DNA of 64,000 nucleotides, taken from the NCBI RefSeq assembly GCF_000315625.1, contig NW_005434668.1, forward strand, positions 366,938-430,937. The letters are read 5' to 3'. Below the pieces are notes generated by a model. It was not told the DNA's origin and made no database searches. It saw nothing but the letters and a program-made list of their open reading frames with translations. Shown here one piece after another: positions 38,301 through 49,699 of the stretch (position 1 is the first letter of the stretch; every line of letters begins with the position of its first letter). This DNA comes from Guillardia theta CCMP2712. Its lineage: Eukaryota > Protista > Cryptophyta. The translations under genes and the position numbers were made by a program.

Positions 38301-38464
38301 CCGCTCTCCGGCTAAGGGTGAAGGAGCTGGAGTTCGAGTACAAGGAGGAGCAGGTGCTGACCTCCACCCTGCAGAGGCAGGTCGAGGCCCTTCACGACCT
38401 TGTCCTTCACCACCAGGGCCTGTCGATGATGACAGAAGGAAGCAGCATCTCCCACAAGACATGA
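29306..38464 (+). CDS. giant coiled-coil protein with an N-terminal PDZ domain
   Basis: ATG 29306; exon 2 gives VGVGISL...ISRVFSGGSAQMDGRIRQGDWLIRVDGRDV...IKEAILGRSGTSVQLEL (PDZ). Several short exons follow, then a 2568-codon heptad-rich open frame. The 3' end could have extra exons. Confidence 0.8.
33227..33952 (+). repeat. 192-bp (64-aa) in-frame coding tandem repeat, ~3.8 near-identical copies
   Basis: Units start (ATGGAAGGAAGAATC) at 33227, 33419, 33611 and 33803. Confidence 0.95.
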
Positions 38465-38639
38465 GACGCAGGGGGGCGGGCGCATGTCTCGACAAGTGAG
38501 CTGATCGATATCGTGTTGTACAAGGAACCAGAGAAGGAGGGAGAGAAAGGGAGGGAGAGAGGGAATAAAGAAGAGAAAAGGATTGAGAATGGTAAAGGAA
38601 AGAGAATAGCTACAGGACTGTTATCAACCTCGCCAACAG

Positions 38640-40283
38640 CAGGTGGAGAACTGTAGGTAAACTGATGGAACCTTGTTGTGAAGTCAGCACAAGATGTCTC
38701 AAGAAGTCTTTCCCCTCTGACCTTGTGGATCCTGAAAGCTCTTCCATGAAGGGAAGTCAAACTGTTGATGTTATCACCCTCAGCAACTCGCGCGCTCGGC
38801 TGACCTCATGGGATCCCTTGGGCGAAGGAACTTCCTCGAAGTCCACGTCATCAAGGGACCTCAAGGCGTGTAAAGGCGAGCCCGGCTAGCAGGGAGGCAG
38901 GGCTCACCTAGTGATGTGATGGGACAGAGCCATCAACCCATCGCAGAACCCGTCTAAGGACAAGGCAGTGCTGGCCTGTTTGATGCTTGTGAAATCGACA
39001 TGGCAGTCGCCGCCTTCTACCGCCGTCCGTTTGGCGATGAAGACAGTCTTGATGGCTTCCATCTTGGTGAAATTTGCGCAGGACTGAAACAGAAACAAGT
39101 GGATGAGTAGGGAGTGAGACGACGAGGACGGAGAGAAGTAACCCGTGGCAATCGGATCTTAGAGAGGAGATCTTGAAGAATAAAGTAGTCCTGTTGCCGA
39201 AGTTCGCTCGAGTTCATGTATTTTCCTATCCTCCTCATGCATTTCCCGCCATCATCGCTGCATTCAATCGTTTGGATCACAACAAAATCTTTTCCCCAAC
39301 ACTGGCAAACACTGCTTACCTGCCGCCTTTCTTCTTCCTAGATGAAGCCTTGCTGGGGAGCCCCTAGCATGAAGACATTACCACGTGTCTGTCATGACAT
39401 TGCACTGACAGAGAAGAAGTTGATCTTGGCCGTGTTGTCTTCCAGCTCTTTATGCGCCTCTGCTTGTGACATTATGACAGCTTGCGTGCAAACATCCGTG
39501 AAAACTTTCCGAGCGAGATCGAAGACCTGCGATGGTCTCAGTGTTCAAAAGCAAGGAGATCCGAGCACCTGTATGTCCAAGGCAGGCAATCCGACGCATT
39601 CATACACCAAGGAGGAGAACCATGATCGCGAGGAAACGATCTCTCCCTTTCCTTCACCCATTTGCTGATCCGATGGCGACGCAGCCTTCGGTTGATCCCC
39701 TTCGTCCGAGCTCTTGTCCTCCTTCCTAGGGAAGATGAGACCTCTCCGAAAGATGCTGTCTCTCAAAGGCTCTGCCATGTTACAGTTGCATACTATCCCC
39801 AGACACCCTCCCAAGGCTACACTCTTGATCTCCACGTCGAGCTCAGTCGGCAACTTGAACGAGGGGTTGTGATTGATCTCAAGGATGTAGGGCTTACAGG
39901 TGTGATCCAGAAAGATGTCAAACCCGATGATCTGAAAGCAGTGGTTGTACCCGACGTTCTTGGCTGGTGACAGCAGGCCTTCTGAAGCTCTCCATAGCTC
40001 CTCGAGAAATTCATTCTGGAACTTTGACGCAATCAATCGATTAGGCACGGATTTCTTTTGTCCCCCCTTCTTGTCAGCGCACGCTCCCGTGTAGAGATTT
40101 TCATTCACACTTGTGTTCTGAAAGCATGTTAAGTAGCTCAGAGAAATCTCCGGATGGATCGCAGTCATGGTGAGCTGAACGATCCTCCTGATCTCTGTCC
40201 ACAACCCCTCCACATCCACCCCCTTCGATCTCAGTTGTTCAAACACTTCAGATAGCAGCCGTTTGCAATCCGCCGGTTCGTCA

Positions 40284-40315
<32 letters not shown>

Positions 40316-42553
40316 GCTGTTATCAGACGCACTGTGGTCCTTGCTTTCAGCACTATCATCTGTATTCGAATCGCTCTCGTACTCCACCGAGCTGTCTTCC
40401 TACCAACCCCTCCTGTCAGACGACCACAAGCAACACTCCGGGCTCACCTCATCCTCGGAAGAGAAGTGAAAGTTGGAGTTCAACGACGTGTTGGTCAGGT
40501 GCATGTGCAGCTGCCTTATGTTCTGAGGAGAAGGTTTCTCGTAGGGCACCATCGCCTTTCGCACCATTCCCGTGCGGCACAGGTAAGCTGTCATAGGGTT
40601 GACAGACACTAGGACCACGTACAGTCGCAGATCAAATTTGTGCCCGTCGAGCAAGTAAGGCTCCAGGTATTCCTGCGTGCAGACTTGTCGTCCTTTGATT
40701 TCCTGTTGACTCCCCGATCTCTTGGAGGGAATCTCGTTACGCTTGCCCTCCCCTTTCCCCTCTGACTTCTTCTGTTTGTCGCTGTCGTCGTCGTCATCAT
40801 CGCTGGCCATGGCGCTGCGGGACATCTGCATCCAGGCAGGGATCACCTTAGGGTAGTCAGCCAGCTGTATGCCCTGCCCTTTGCTGCCGTTGTCGGGCTT
40901 TATGATGTAATATTTGGACTCTCCTGACTGGTCATACTTGATTGCGTTCTTCTTGAAGTCTGAGACTTCGGATGGAAAAGTCCAGGATTTCGGAAGAAAG
41001 TTGAAGTCTTCAGGGAACAACTCTTGCATCCGCTTCAACCTCTTCGTTAGAGTGTTCTTCCGCGCGTGATACTGCATGGTCAAGAACCGGTTCATCTTCT
41101 GTCCCTTCGCTAGCCTGCTGATGTGAAACTTGCTGACAGGCACGTCCAGGCGATCATGCCAGAAGACTGAGACCTCAGCGCTTGTTGCAGGGCGATTCAC
41201 AAGCTCAACCCACGGGAGTTCTTTGCAGATTCTCCTTAAGCACGGGAGGTAGAAGAGGGAATGGGCCTTACTGACATCCACCTTTATACTCCCAGCGGCC
41301 GTCAACGTCAGGACAGCAGGTTGATTCACATCCTGTTGCAAGCGTTATGAGGTGCTGTGTATCAGACTCGCTCGTTTGACTTACAGTCTCTGCATGCTTA
41401 GGGCTGAGTTTGACTTCTTTCTTTATTGGCCTGCCCAACGTCAGCCTCCAACCGCGAGGTTTCCAGTGAAAGACCTCGGAGGCACGTTCGCCAGTTTGCC
41501 TTCACTGCTCGACGCTCGAGAAAACCGAGACCTACCAAAATGCTTGAGAGTGCATTAAGACATGATACTGATTGGATCACCGGATCTTAGCGAAGGTGGA
41601 AACAGGAAGTTTGTTAGCAGGTTGTCTTTGCAGCGACGCTAAGGCGTCTCCCTGCCCATTGCCCTGCTCATCTTCTGTTTTCTTGGCATCTTGTTCGTGT
41701 TTTTGTAAGATCTTGTGCAACACCAACGCGTGTTTCGACGAAGTCACATGCAAGGGATGAGGAGCCGCCAAGGCCCTTCCCCTCGGATCGACAGTCCACT
41801 GCTGTGAGCCCAAGTTCAGGAAAAGACTCCGGAGGAACAAGAGCCTACCGGGACGCCAGCAGGATCGAAACCAGTGATGTCGGGGTTGGAAACCGCGTTC
41901 GGCAGCGATCCATACCTTGTCTCATGAGAAAACGACCTCCTCACGTTGCTTGGGATACCGTCGCGCGCCTGCGCGATGAACGAAGCGATTCTTGACTCGA
42001 ACTCGGGGAACTCGCGGTGAGATTGTAGTTGATGGGAATGATTCCCTCTCTGCGCCTGTGGCGAAGCATCAGAAAGACATTTTCCAAGTTTGCATATTAT
42101 ACACGATACCGTTTCGACTGATGTTATGTGGGGGAGATTATCTTGGTTTCTACTGTCAATCCTCAAATGTGCAGCGACTTCATGGTTTGATGCAGGAGAC
42201 GGGCGTCTTCCAACACAGAGGAACGATTGTAGGGGATGGGCGGGAGCATCTCGTTCTTTCAGCTTGACCTTGTTAGCTTGCAATGCGGGAGTTACGATGC
42301 GATGCCGCTGGTCACTACCGGACTGCGAGGATTTTGAACCCTTCATTGTCCACTAGGGTCCTGGGATCAACGTGCCATGATTCGTCGTTAGGACCCTCAG
42401 AAGTTCTCCAGAACCATGTCAGATCTGCAAAGTGCCTTGTACGACGATGAAAGAGATGTACTTTCAACTCCTAGACACCCGGGAGCTTACTTGGTCAACA
42501 AGTTATGAAGAGAGTGAACATGGAGCTCTCAGACTTCCATCTGTCAGTATGCA
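38640..42553 (-). CDS. tubulin-tyrosine-ligase-like polyglutamylase (TTLL6/7/11-like), multi-exon; both ends approximate
   Basis: NRF...ARKNTL, FNFLPKSWTFP, YIIKPDNGSKGQGI, QEYLEPYLLDGHKFDLRLYV, MHLTNTSLN, CFQIIGFDIFLD...PYILEINHNPSF. Confidence 0.9.
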
Positions 42554-43119
42554 TCTCGCCCTCTCCTTCCTCTTGCCCCACCATTGTCGTGACCCCTTCG
42601 CGCGGTTTCGCTTCTGATACACCCCCGTCATTGCGATCACTCCTCCAACTGGATCCAGTACCCCTCTATCTTAACCTCTTTTTACGGACGGAGGGTAGGG
42701 TACAGATCCAGGGGGTGGGGTATGAAGCTTCATCAGACACGGTATGTACCCAGTACGCAAAGGTCATAATAGGGGGTAGAGGTATTTGAAAGTAGATCAG
42801 GACGGGTGGCAATGCCTTCAGAAGTACCCGTCAGTTATGTATGAGCGGAATAGATCTTTTGGTGATCGGTCTATTCAAAACAGATCCATCTTTCTGACTT
42901 ATTTTCCCAAACTATTTTCTTCAATTTGAATAATTAACAGTATAGTACCAAATTATGTCAAAATATCACGAAATTTGAAAGCATCGTAGAACTATTGTCA
43001 GACAGTTCTATTGATTTGTAGGGGTATAGGGGTGGTGAGAACTCTGTTGATGACCGGGTGGAATCAGAGGCATCTTTACTGATTTGATATGGTGGGTAGT
43101 CGCAACCGAGAAGTAAACT

Positions 43120-43690
43120 GGCTATCAGTTCCAGTGTGACTGAACTGCTTGTCACAGTGCAGTGCCGAGTCGTCAAGTTCTCGGGCTTCGGACTCCCGGA
43201 AGGTGCCACGCCCGGCCGGACCGTCACCGACCCGGACGCCGGTGGCCGGGGGCCCGGCCCCACTCATCCGATCATAGGAGGACAGCTCACTGCGGCGGCG
43301 GCTGGGCGACTTTGAGTCTCTACCTCAGTGAGTCACTGGCCCGGCGGGCCAGATACCGTACCGTAGTATTCACTCCAAGAAAAAAAAGACCAGTATGGTG
43401 TTACCGTACTAGCGCTGCATACTAGTCACTAGTACGGGTACGCCGTGTATGTGTTTACGAATGGTATACCCTAGTCACTAGTACCGGCGGTGTGCCAAGG
43501 CTCAGTTCCGCACCACTGAAGTTAGCGGGGCGCCGGTAAACGGCCGCCCGGCGGCCCGGGCGCCGGTCCGATCGGACGGCGTCACGCCACACGAGTCGAC
43601 TCAGGCTCACTGGGCCGTGTGAGTCAAGATCGGCGGCCCGGCGCTACTGAGTAGCGGATTTCTAGGCTGCACGATCAGTTGAACTTCAAT
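43120..43690. repeat. CpG-rich palindromic-word patch (dispersed family)
   Basis: ccgatcat, tcagtgagtcactgg, ccgtaccgtag, cccggcggcccggg, ccgatcggacgg; ctagtcactagtac occurs twice. Confidence 0.6.
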
Positions 43691-43758
43691 CAAAACTCGG
43701 CGGACGACAAATAGTATTGATCTAACTCATTGATTTCTGAAAGCCTCCTGGCCGGGCT

Positions 43759-45494
43759 TTACTTCTTCTCCAGGCTTTCTGTAGCCTGCAATCAAGAGGG
43801 AAGTCAACCAATCAACCGTGATCAAATCATGGGAAGCTCACAATGGCACAACTGTTCACTCTTCCATCTTCGCCATAGAGGCGCTTCAAACAATGTCAGG
43901 GAGATGCCTCACATCAGCTAGATTACATACCCAGGTTCTCCGGCGCCCGAAGGACCCAGCTTGATTGCAACCAAATTCCGCAGTCTGGACAGAAGTTGAG
44001 TAAATCTCACAGAGGCAATGCGTCATGGGGTGAGGACACAATGTGACAAAGGATACTGAGTGATACATAGCTCTTGAAGATCGAGTTGCTTCGAGGATTT
44101 GACTTGGATGAGTGTCCATCATGGAGCGCAAGATCTAGCACCTTTACCAGGTTGTTACCAAAGGAGTTGTTTGATTGTAATTTGACCTTTGAATACGCAC
44201 TCTGCTGTGTTTCTGCACTCAATGTGTCCAAAACCGTCATGGGTTCAATGGTATTTCCTTCTTTGTCGGTCAGCATGACAGGAACCTGCGGAGTTTGAGT
44301 CTATGTTGCAATGAGTTGGAAAAGCTTACTGTCACCCAACAACCGCTTGGAAGGAGTACCATTCTATCACCGCCATCAAACTCCAACACCTTGAAACAGT
44401 ACATATCAGCATATGATCTCGGAGCATTGCAAAATGGCGAAGGAGCATTACCTTTGAGTATTCATCTTTCATTTCTCCCCAGACTACTGTCCTTGATGCT
44501 TTCATATGTTGATCCACCATTTCAGTTTCTCTTCGAACCCTGGAATCACCATCCCATAGAATGCTTCCTCTAGATCTGAAGTTTAGAAATCCACCTCCAA
44601 GTCTCCAACTCCTTCTGCTGGAAGCATCGCCCGCAAAAGAGCCGACTATGTCGAGAAATTGCAACGGCGGCCGAGTCTGCTCAGTTTTTGCTTTCTGGGT
44701 TTTCACCGCTGAAATGGTTTCCCCTGACTTCTTCTGCGCTTGCGTGCCAAATCCAATTGGGCCTTTCTGAGGCAATTTCATCCTACGCTCCTCGAACAGA
44801 ATGATCCTCGATAGAACGTAGTGTTTGTCGTAGATTACGTTGCATCGAACCCTTTCATCGTCATTGATTGGGATAGACATGTCGATAACTAGTCCTGCCA
44901 AGTTGTGATAGTCTGGAACCGACGTCATGGATATGTCTCTTGACTGTAATGAAGATCGGTTACAAGAATGTCATGTGGGATAGCACAAAATCTTACATAG
45001 AACCCGTCAATGGTCGCATCAAAATCATCATCAGGTCGGATCGTAGTCTCATGCGCAACGGGCTCGAGGTTCAGCATTTCGTTCTGTTCACCGATGAATC
45101 TTTCAACTGCAGTCTCTCGCTCCACCTCTACCACATCGAGGACATAGTTTCTTATGATATAAGGTTCTACGTATTCACCAGTCCCAGGGTCGATGTGAAG
45201 TGCTTTGCCTTGCCACCTGCCCAGATTGTATTGCGAAAATGCATACCATTGCGGATCACCATTCATCATCAGACTCGAAAGAGGCTGTTTTCTCATATTG
45301 GACGCCTTCATAGTACAGATTTGCAGAGAAAAACCGTCAATTTGTTGGCAAAGCGACGGAGCTGACGAGGGACAGTGAAAATAACGCGGCGCAAAAGAGT
45401 TGAACGCATGAGATGGGCTAAGATGAAGAACAGCCAGGAGCATAGAAGAAAAGCACAGCACACGCCGACAAGTCTTCTCCATAGATCTTGACAT
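43759..45494 (-). CDS. plastid-targeted DUF3598-like (cyanobacterial-type) protein, multi-exon
   Basis: Signal peptide ending SHA-FNSFAP, then an S-rich transit peptide. Motifs QWYAFSQYNLGRWQG and RVRCNVIYD...LSRIILFEERR, with spliced end EFGCNQ...RRRTWRLYGEDGRVNSCAIATESLEKK*. Family recalled, not searched. Confidence 0.65.
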
Positions 45495-45639
45495 CTTGAT
45501 ACTGCGGCAACCTCTTTGCGGCCGCTCAAACAGCTTGTCCGGCAGGCGCATTGCGACTGTCGTGCGAGTACCCTACCTGATTCCTAGATAAACCACCCCT
45601 CCTTTGGCCAGTTCGGTCAGCCCCTTCTCCCATTCGAGT

Positions 45640-45722
45640 CTAGTGGTCGGTCGGCCGATGCACTGCCGGGCCGGGCCGGGTGCCGGGCTGCGGCCCGCCG
45701 TACCAACGTGTCGGACGCCCGC
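45640..45722. repeat. short copy of the CpG-rich palindromic-word patch family
   Basis: ggtcggtcggccg...gccgggccgggccgggtgccggg...ccgtacc. Confidence 0.5.
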
Positions 45723-47483
45723 TGAGAAAATGTTTTTTTAGGAGGGTGGGGTGGAACATTGTTAGGGGTCCATTTAAGTTCTAGGGGTACTTTGCACTAC
45801 TAAAATTGGGGTGCTGATTAGCAAAGTTGTCTTTACTGATCCTTGACAAGTGGGGTGGGCTTGTACAAACACCATATTTCCTGGTAGGGTAGTCCTAAAG
45901 CTGCTTCTGTGTCTCACCACCCTCACCACCATGTTCTCACATTGTCACAAGAAACCCTACCCCTTATTCAATCTTGTGATAGTAAACTATTACTTATTCA
46001 TATTTTCAGTACATTTTGTTTCTGATTGTGTTTTAATCTTTAAACATTATTAGACCCTCAGCGGTAACACCAGGAAACCCCGCCCTTCCTCGTAGTCTTC
46101 CCGCCCCTACCACTTCCTGTGGAAAATAAAAAAGAATGCACTAGCTTTATGGTACAAAACCCCTCGCAAAAATTCAAATTTACTGATCAACATGTCCTTT
46201 CATTTTTTTCTATCACATCATAAGTAGTTCAAATTAACCCCTAGTATCCGACGAAACTTCCACTACCGGTCCCCTATCCAAGGGCTGCTCCACGGGCCCA
46301 AGACCACCCCCCTTCGCTAGTTCCGACTACCCCCATGTTTCCTTTCCTCAACCACCCATCTGCTCAGCTTCCCGGCTGGGGCTTCCCGTAGACTTCCTCC
46401 CCTCGTGCTCATTTTTTTTCCCCTCGTTCAAAAGAGGATCTATTTTAGGAGCCCAATTGTACCAGCCCAAAGAAGATTGATAGAACAGACAGTTCACCTC
46501 AGTGAGCTATAGACTTTTATTATCTCAGAGATGAGGGCAGTAGATCAAAATTCATATTTGTTTCTATATATAGTACTATATGATGAGACGATTTTTCAAC
46601 TGCCCTCGGAATATGTGTGGGGATGGGGAAACATTCGTTGTTAAAAATATTTTACTTGACAGAGGGGGAAGGGAAGCGAGAGGGTGGGACACCCCTGTCG
46701 GGAATATTAGAGTCATTATTTTGCAATGGGTGGTTGCCTGGTCCTTCGGGGGGTAGGGGTGAGGGTGCGGGTGGTTTGAAAATGTGGGCAAATTTGTAAC
46801 CCATTCAAATTTGTGGACGATATTTGAGAACTGCTAGGAAATATATGGATAGAATTTCGATATTTCAACAAGAGCCCTTGAAATTGTTTCCTCGGCGCCA
46901 TATCGCCGCCGCCATTGCCCCTCCTCTGCCAACTACCAAGAGCGCCATTCCCCCTTCCCTTCTCTCTTCCCGCTCCACAACCCCCCTCTTCCTCTGTGTT
47001 TCATCCTCAAACCTTCCTTAAAGGGCGTGCGCGCGCCTTGCGCGCGCTCGCCCTCCTGGAGTGAGCGCCATAAGCAGGCGCCCCTAGGAGGGCTGGCTGA
47101 GCGGTTGCGAGAGCAGGGGAGGCAGGAAGATTTTACGCTGCTCCGTGACAGGCTTGGATATATTTATTGGGAGGGCAATATCAAGATGAAGAATGCATGA
47201 TTTGATGATGCTAAGGCAGAATTTATGGTTTTGAGGGCTTGTATGCCCCGAGAGCAAACCTACCGCAACAAGGGGGAAGCGAGGAGTTTTTCCGCCGCGC
47301 AAGCCTTGCGCATCTGTTTATAGCGTGCAGACCTATCAGAAAGTGATATTCGTCAAATTCTCTACCTGTTGGTGTGACACAAAGCAGCACATCTGAAACA
47401 TTTATTTTCATCGTACAAAGTTTTTTTTCTTTTTTTTTTCTCTTTCTTCGCAGTTTAAACAACTAGCAAAGATAGCGCCGAGA

Positions 47484-49543
47484 ATGTCAAACCGTGCCTT
47501 TCGGCCTAGGCCGATCGATTTCTCTCGACCAATGCCGGTGGTCAAATCACAGAGAGATCTCGAAGTCAACGAAGATGGAGTTCTTGTGCCCAAGAAGGAG
47601 GCATTGGAACCCGAATCTTTGTTGGATATGAACGATGTCGGAGATGAGGTACTTTTTTACTTGATGCATGTGGATTATGTTAGATTTTGCTGACCGGATT
47701 TGCTGCAGGACATGGAAACCTTAAGAATATTAAATGAGCAATATGATAAGGAATCAAAGAAAGCGAATATTCCAGTCCCACCGATAATCGTTATTGATGA
47801 CTATGACAAACATGTCGCCAAAGACTTTGTTCGTCCAAGTCATTATTTGAGATATAAAGGTTAGTCATTTTCAGAACTTATCTTTGCTTTACTCACATGT
47901 TTTGTAGCTCCGTCGGAAAAAGAGCTTGATGATGTGGTTGAATATGAAATGGATGACGAAGACATAGAATTCGTTACCAAAACATTGCCAGCCATGAAAG
48001 TAACTCTAAAGGAAGAGAAGTTTGAGCAAATTGTAGATCGTCTAGAGAAAGAATCCTTTAAACTGGTACATCCATTATGTACTGAGTTACTGGTCTAATG
48101 TTGTTTTCAGGGGAAAATGTGTGAAATGTCTGTGCTCGAGACCTATAAGTTGGGTGGTGGAAAGCAGGTTACACAAGTATTCGATTATTGGGTCAAAAAG
48201 CGTAGCAAGACGGGAAGGGCTTTGATTCGCAGGTTTCAGCCACCCACTCCTATCAGTGATATGTCTCCACATTCTACTTTTCGACCACGAGAGAAGGAAG
48301 AGAAAAGGATTCGTCGTACTCGCAAGAACGACAAGGATGCTCACAAGAAGCTCAAAGGCCTGCAAGCAGATTTCAGAAGGTCAGTTTGGACAATTGATCT
48401 CTGTTGACGATTTCGTGACTGTTTCAATAGGGCAAAGGAAATACTGGAAAGAGTGGTATGGAGAGAAAGGATCAAAAAGATGTTGCTTCGCATAGAATTT
48501 TGCTTGCAGTTTGCAAAGGATATCAAGGATGTTCCTACAAGTATTATTTCGGAACATGACAGCTTCTTCAAAGAGTTGCAAAGGGAGAAACTAAAGAGAG
48601 CTACTGCACAGAAGAAACCTGAAGGATTGGAAGAAGATGGAAATAGGAGTCATGTACCTCAGGCTGCAAGGCCAAGGCAAGTTCCATCTAGGCAAGTTGC
48701 AGGATCCGCAAATGCTGAAGAAGAAGTTCTAAAACTCGAAGAACCTATTGTATCTGCGGAAAAAGCAGAGCAATTGAGAAGATGCTTCCAGCACTTGATG
48801 AAATCTTGGGATGAAGATGGGGACAGTGCTGGAACATCGGTTCTTCCAATTACCAAGGATGCAAAATTCTGTACAAGCTCAACACCGGACAGGTTAGTCT
48901 CTCTGTGTAACGATGATGTATCTCACCTCATTTGTTCAGGGAATCGTTGATTTACCGTGGACGAGCAAGGATAGGTCGGGGTGGCAGAGTGATTTTTGAT
49001 AGGTGCACATCTAACGCGTACGATGCACACCGCACTGGGGATGAATGGGATGATTCAGTGGGTTCAAAGAGATCCAGACATAATGCGGACTTGGACATCT
49101 CACACTCCAGTAATGGTCACAGGGAGGATAGGTTAAGTGCAATGTTGAGGGATTGGCAGAACTCCGCGGAATGGAGACGGGACAAAAAACGAATTAACTG
49201 TAATTGGAATATTCTGGGAAATGATTCATTTCTGGCCAAAAAGTCTGACAACTCAAGACCAGCAGCCAACAGCAACAACATTAACCATTGCCGTGTTGTA
49301 AATGGTACCAGACACTCAAAACATCTAAACATTTCAAAGTCAAATTCATTGGGAGCTTTATCAGGCATGCTGGGAAAGGCCAGTGGGCCTCTGTTAAGTT
49401 TTATCGGAGGATCAAATGTAGGGGGTAATAATGTTGATAATTCAGTGAGATTTGTCGATGGCTTCAGCAACTTCAATGGTTGTCACAAGGATGAACATGA
49501 TAGCGCTGCTTCTTCGGCTTCGACTACTACTGAGGCAGACTGA
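47484..49543 (+). CDS. EPL1: Enhancer of polycomb-like protein (NuA4/Tip60 subunit), multi-exon
   Basis: FRPRPID, IPVP, VEYEMDDEDIEF, FEQIVDRLEKE, VFDYWVKKR, PHSTFRPREKE...RRTRKND, RERIK, RARIGRGGRVIFDR. Confidence 0.92.
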
Positions 49544-49699
49544 GACGCTTTTCCTCGCCAATTCATCGCTGTTTCAATAAATTTTATTATTTTCACAAGT
49601 TTGTTGACAAGTTGATGATAAGATTTCAGGTACATCAGCTAGCGTCCGAGGGCGGTCACGTTCGAGCCGAAGTCTCTCTGCAATGCAGTTGAGTGTCTT

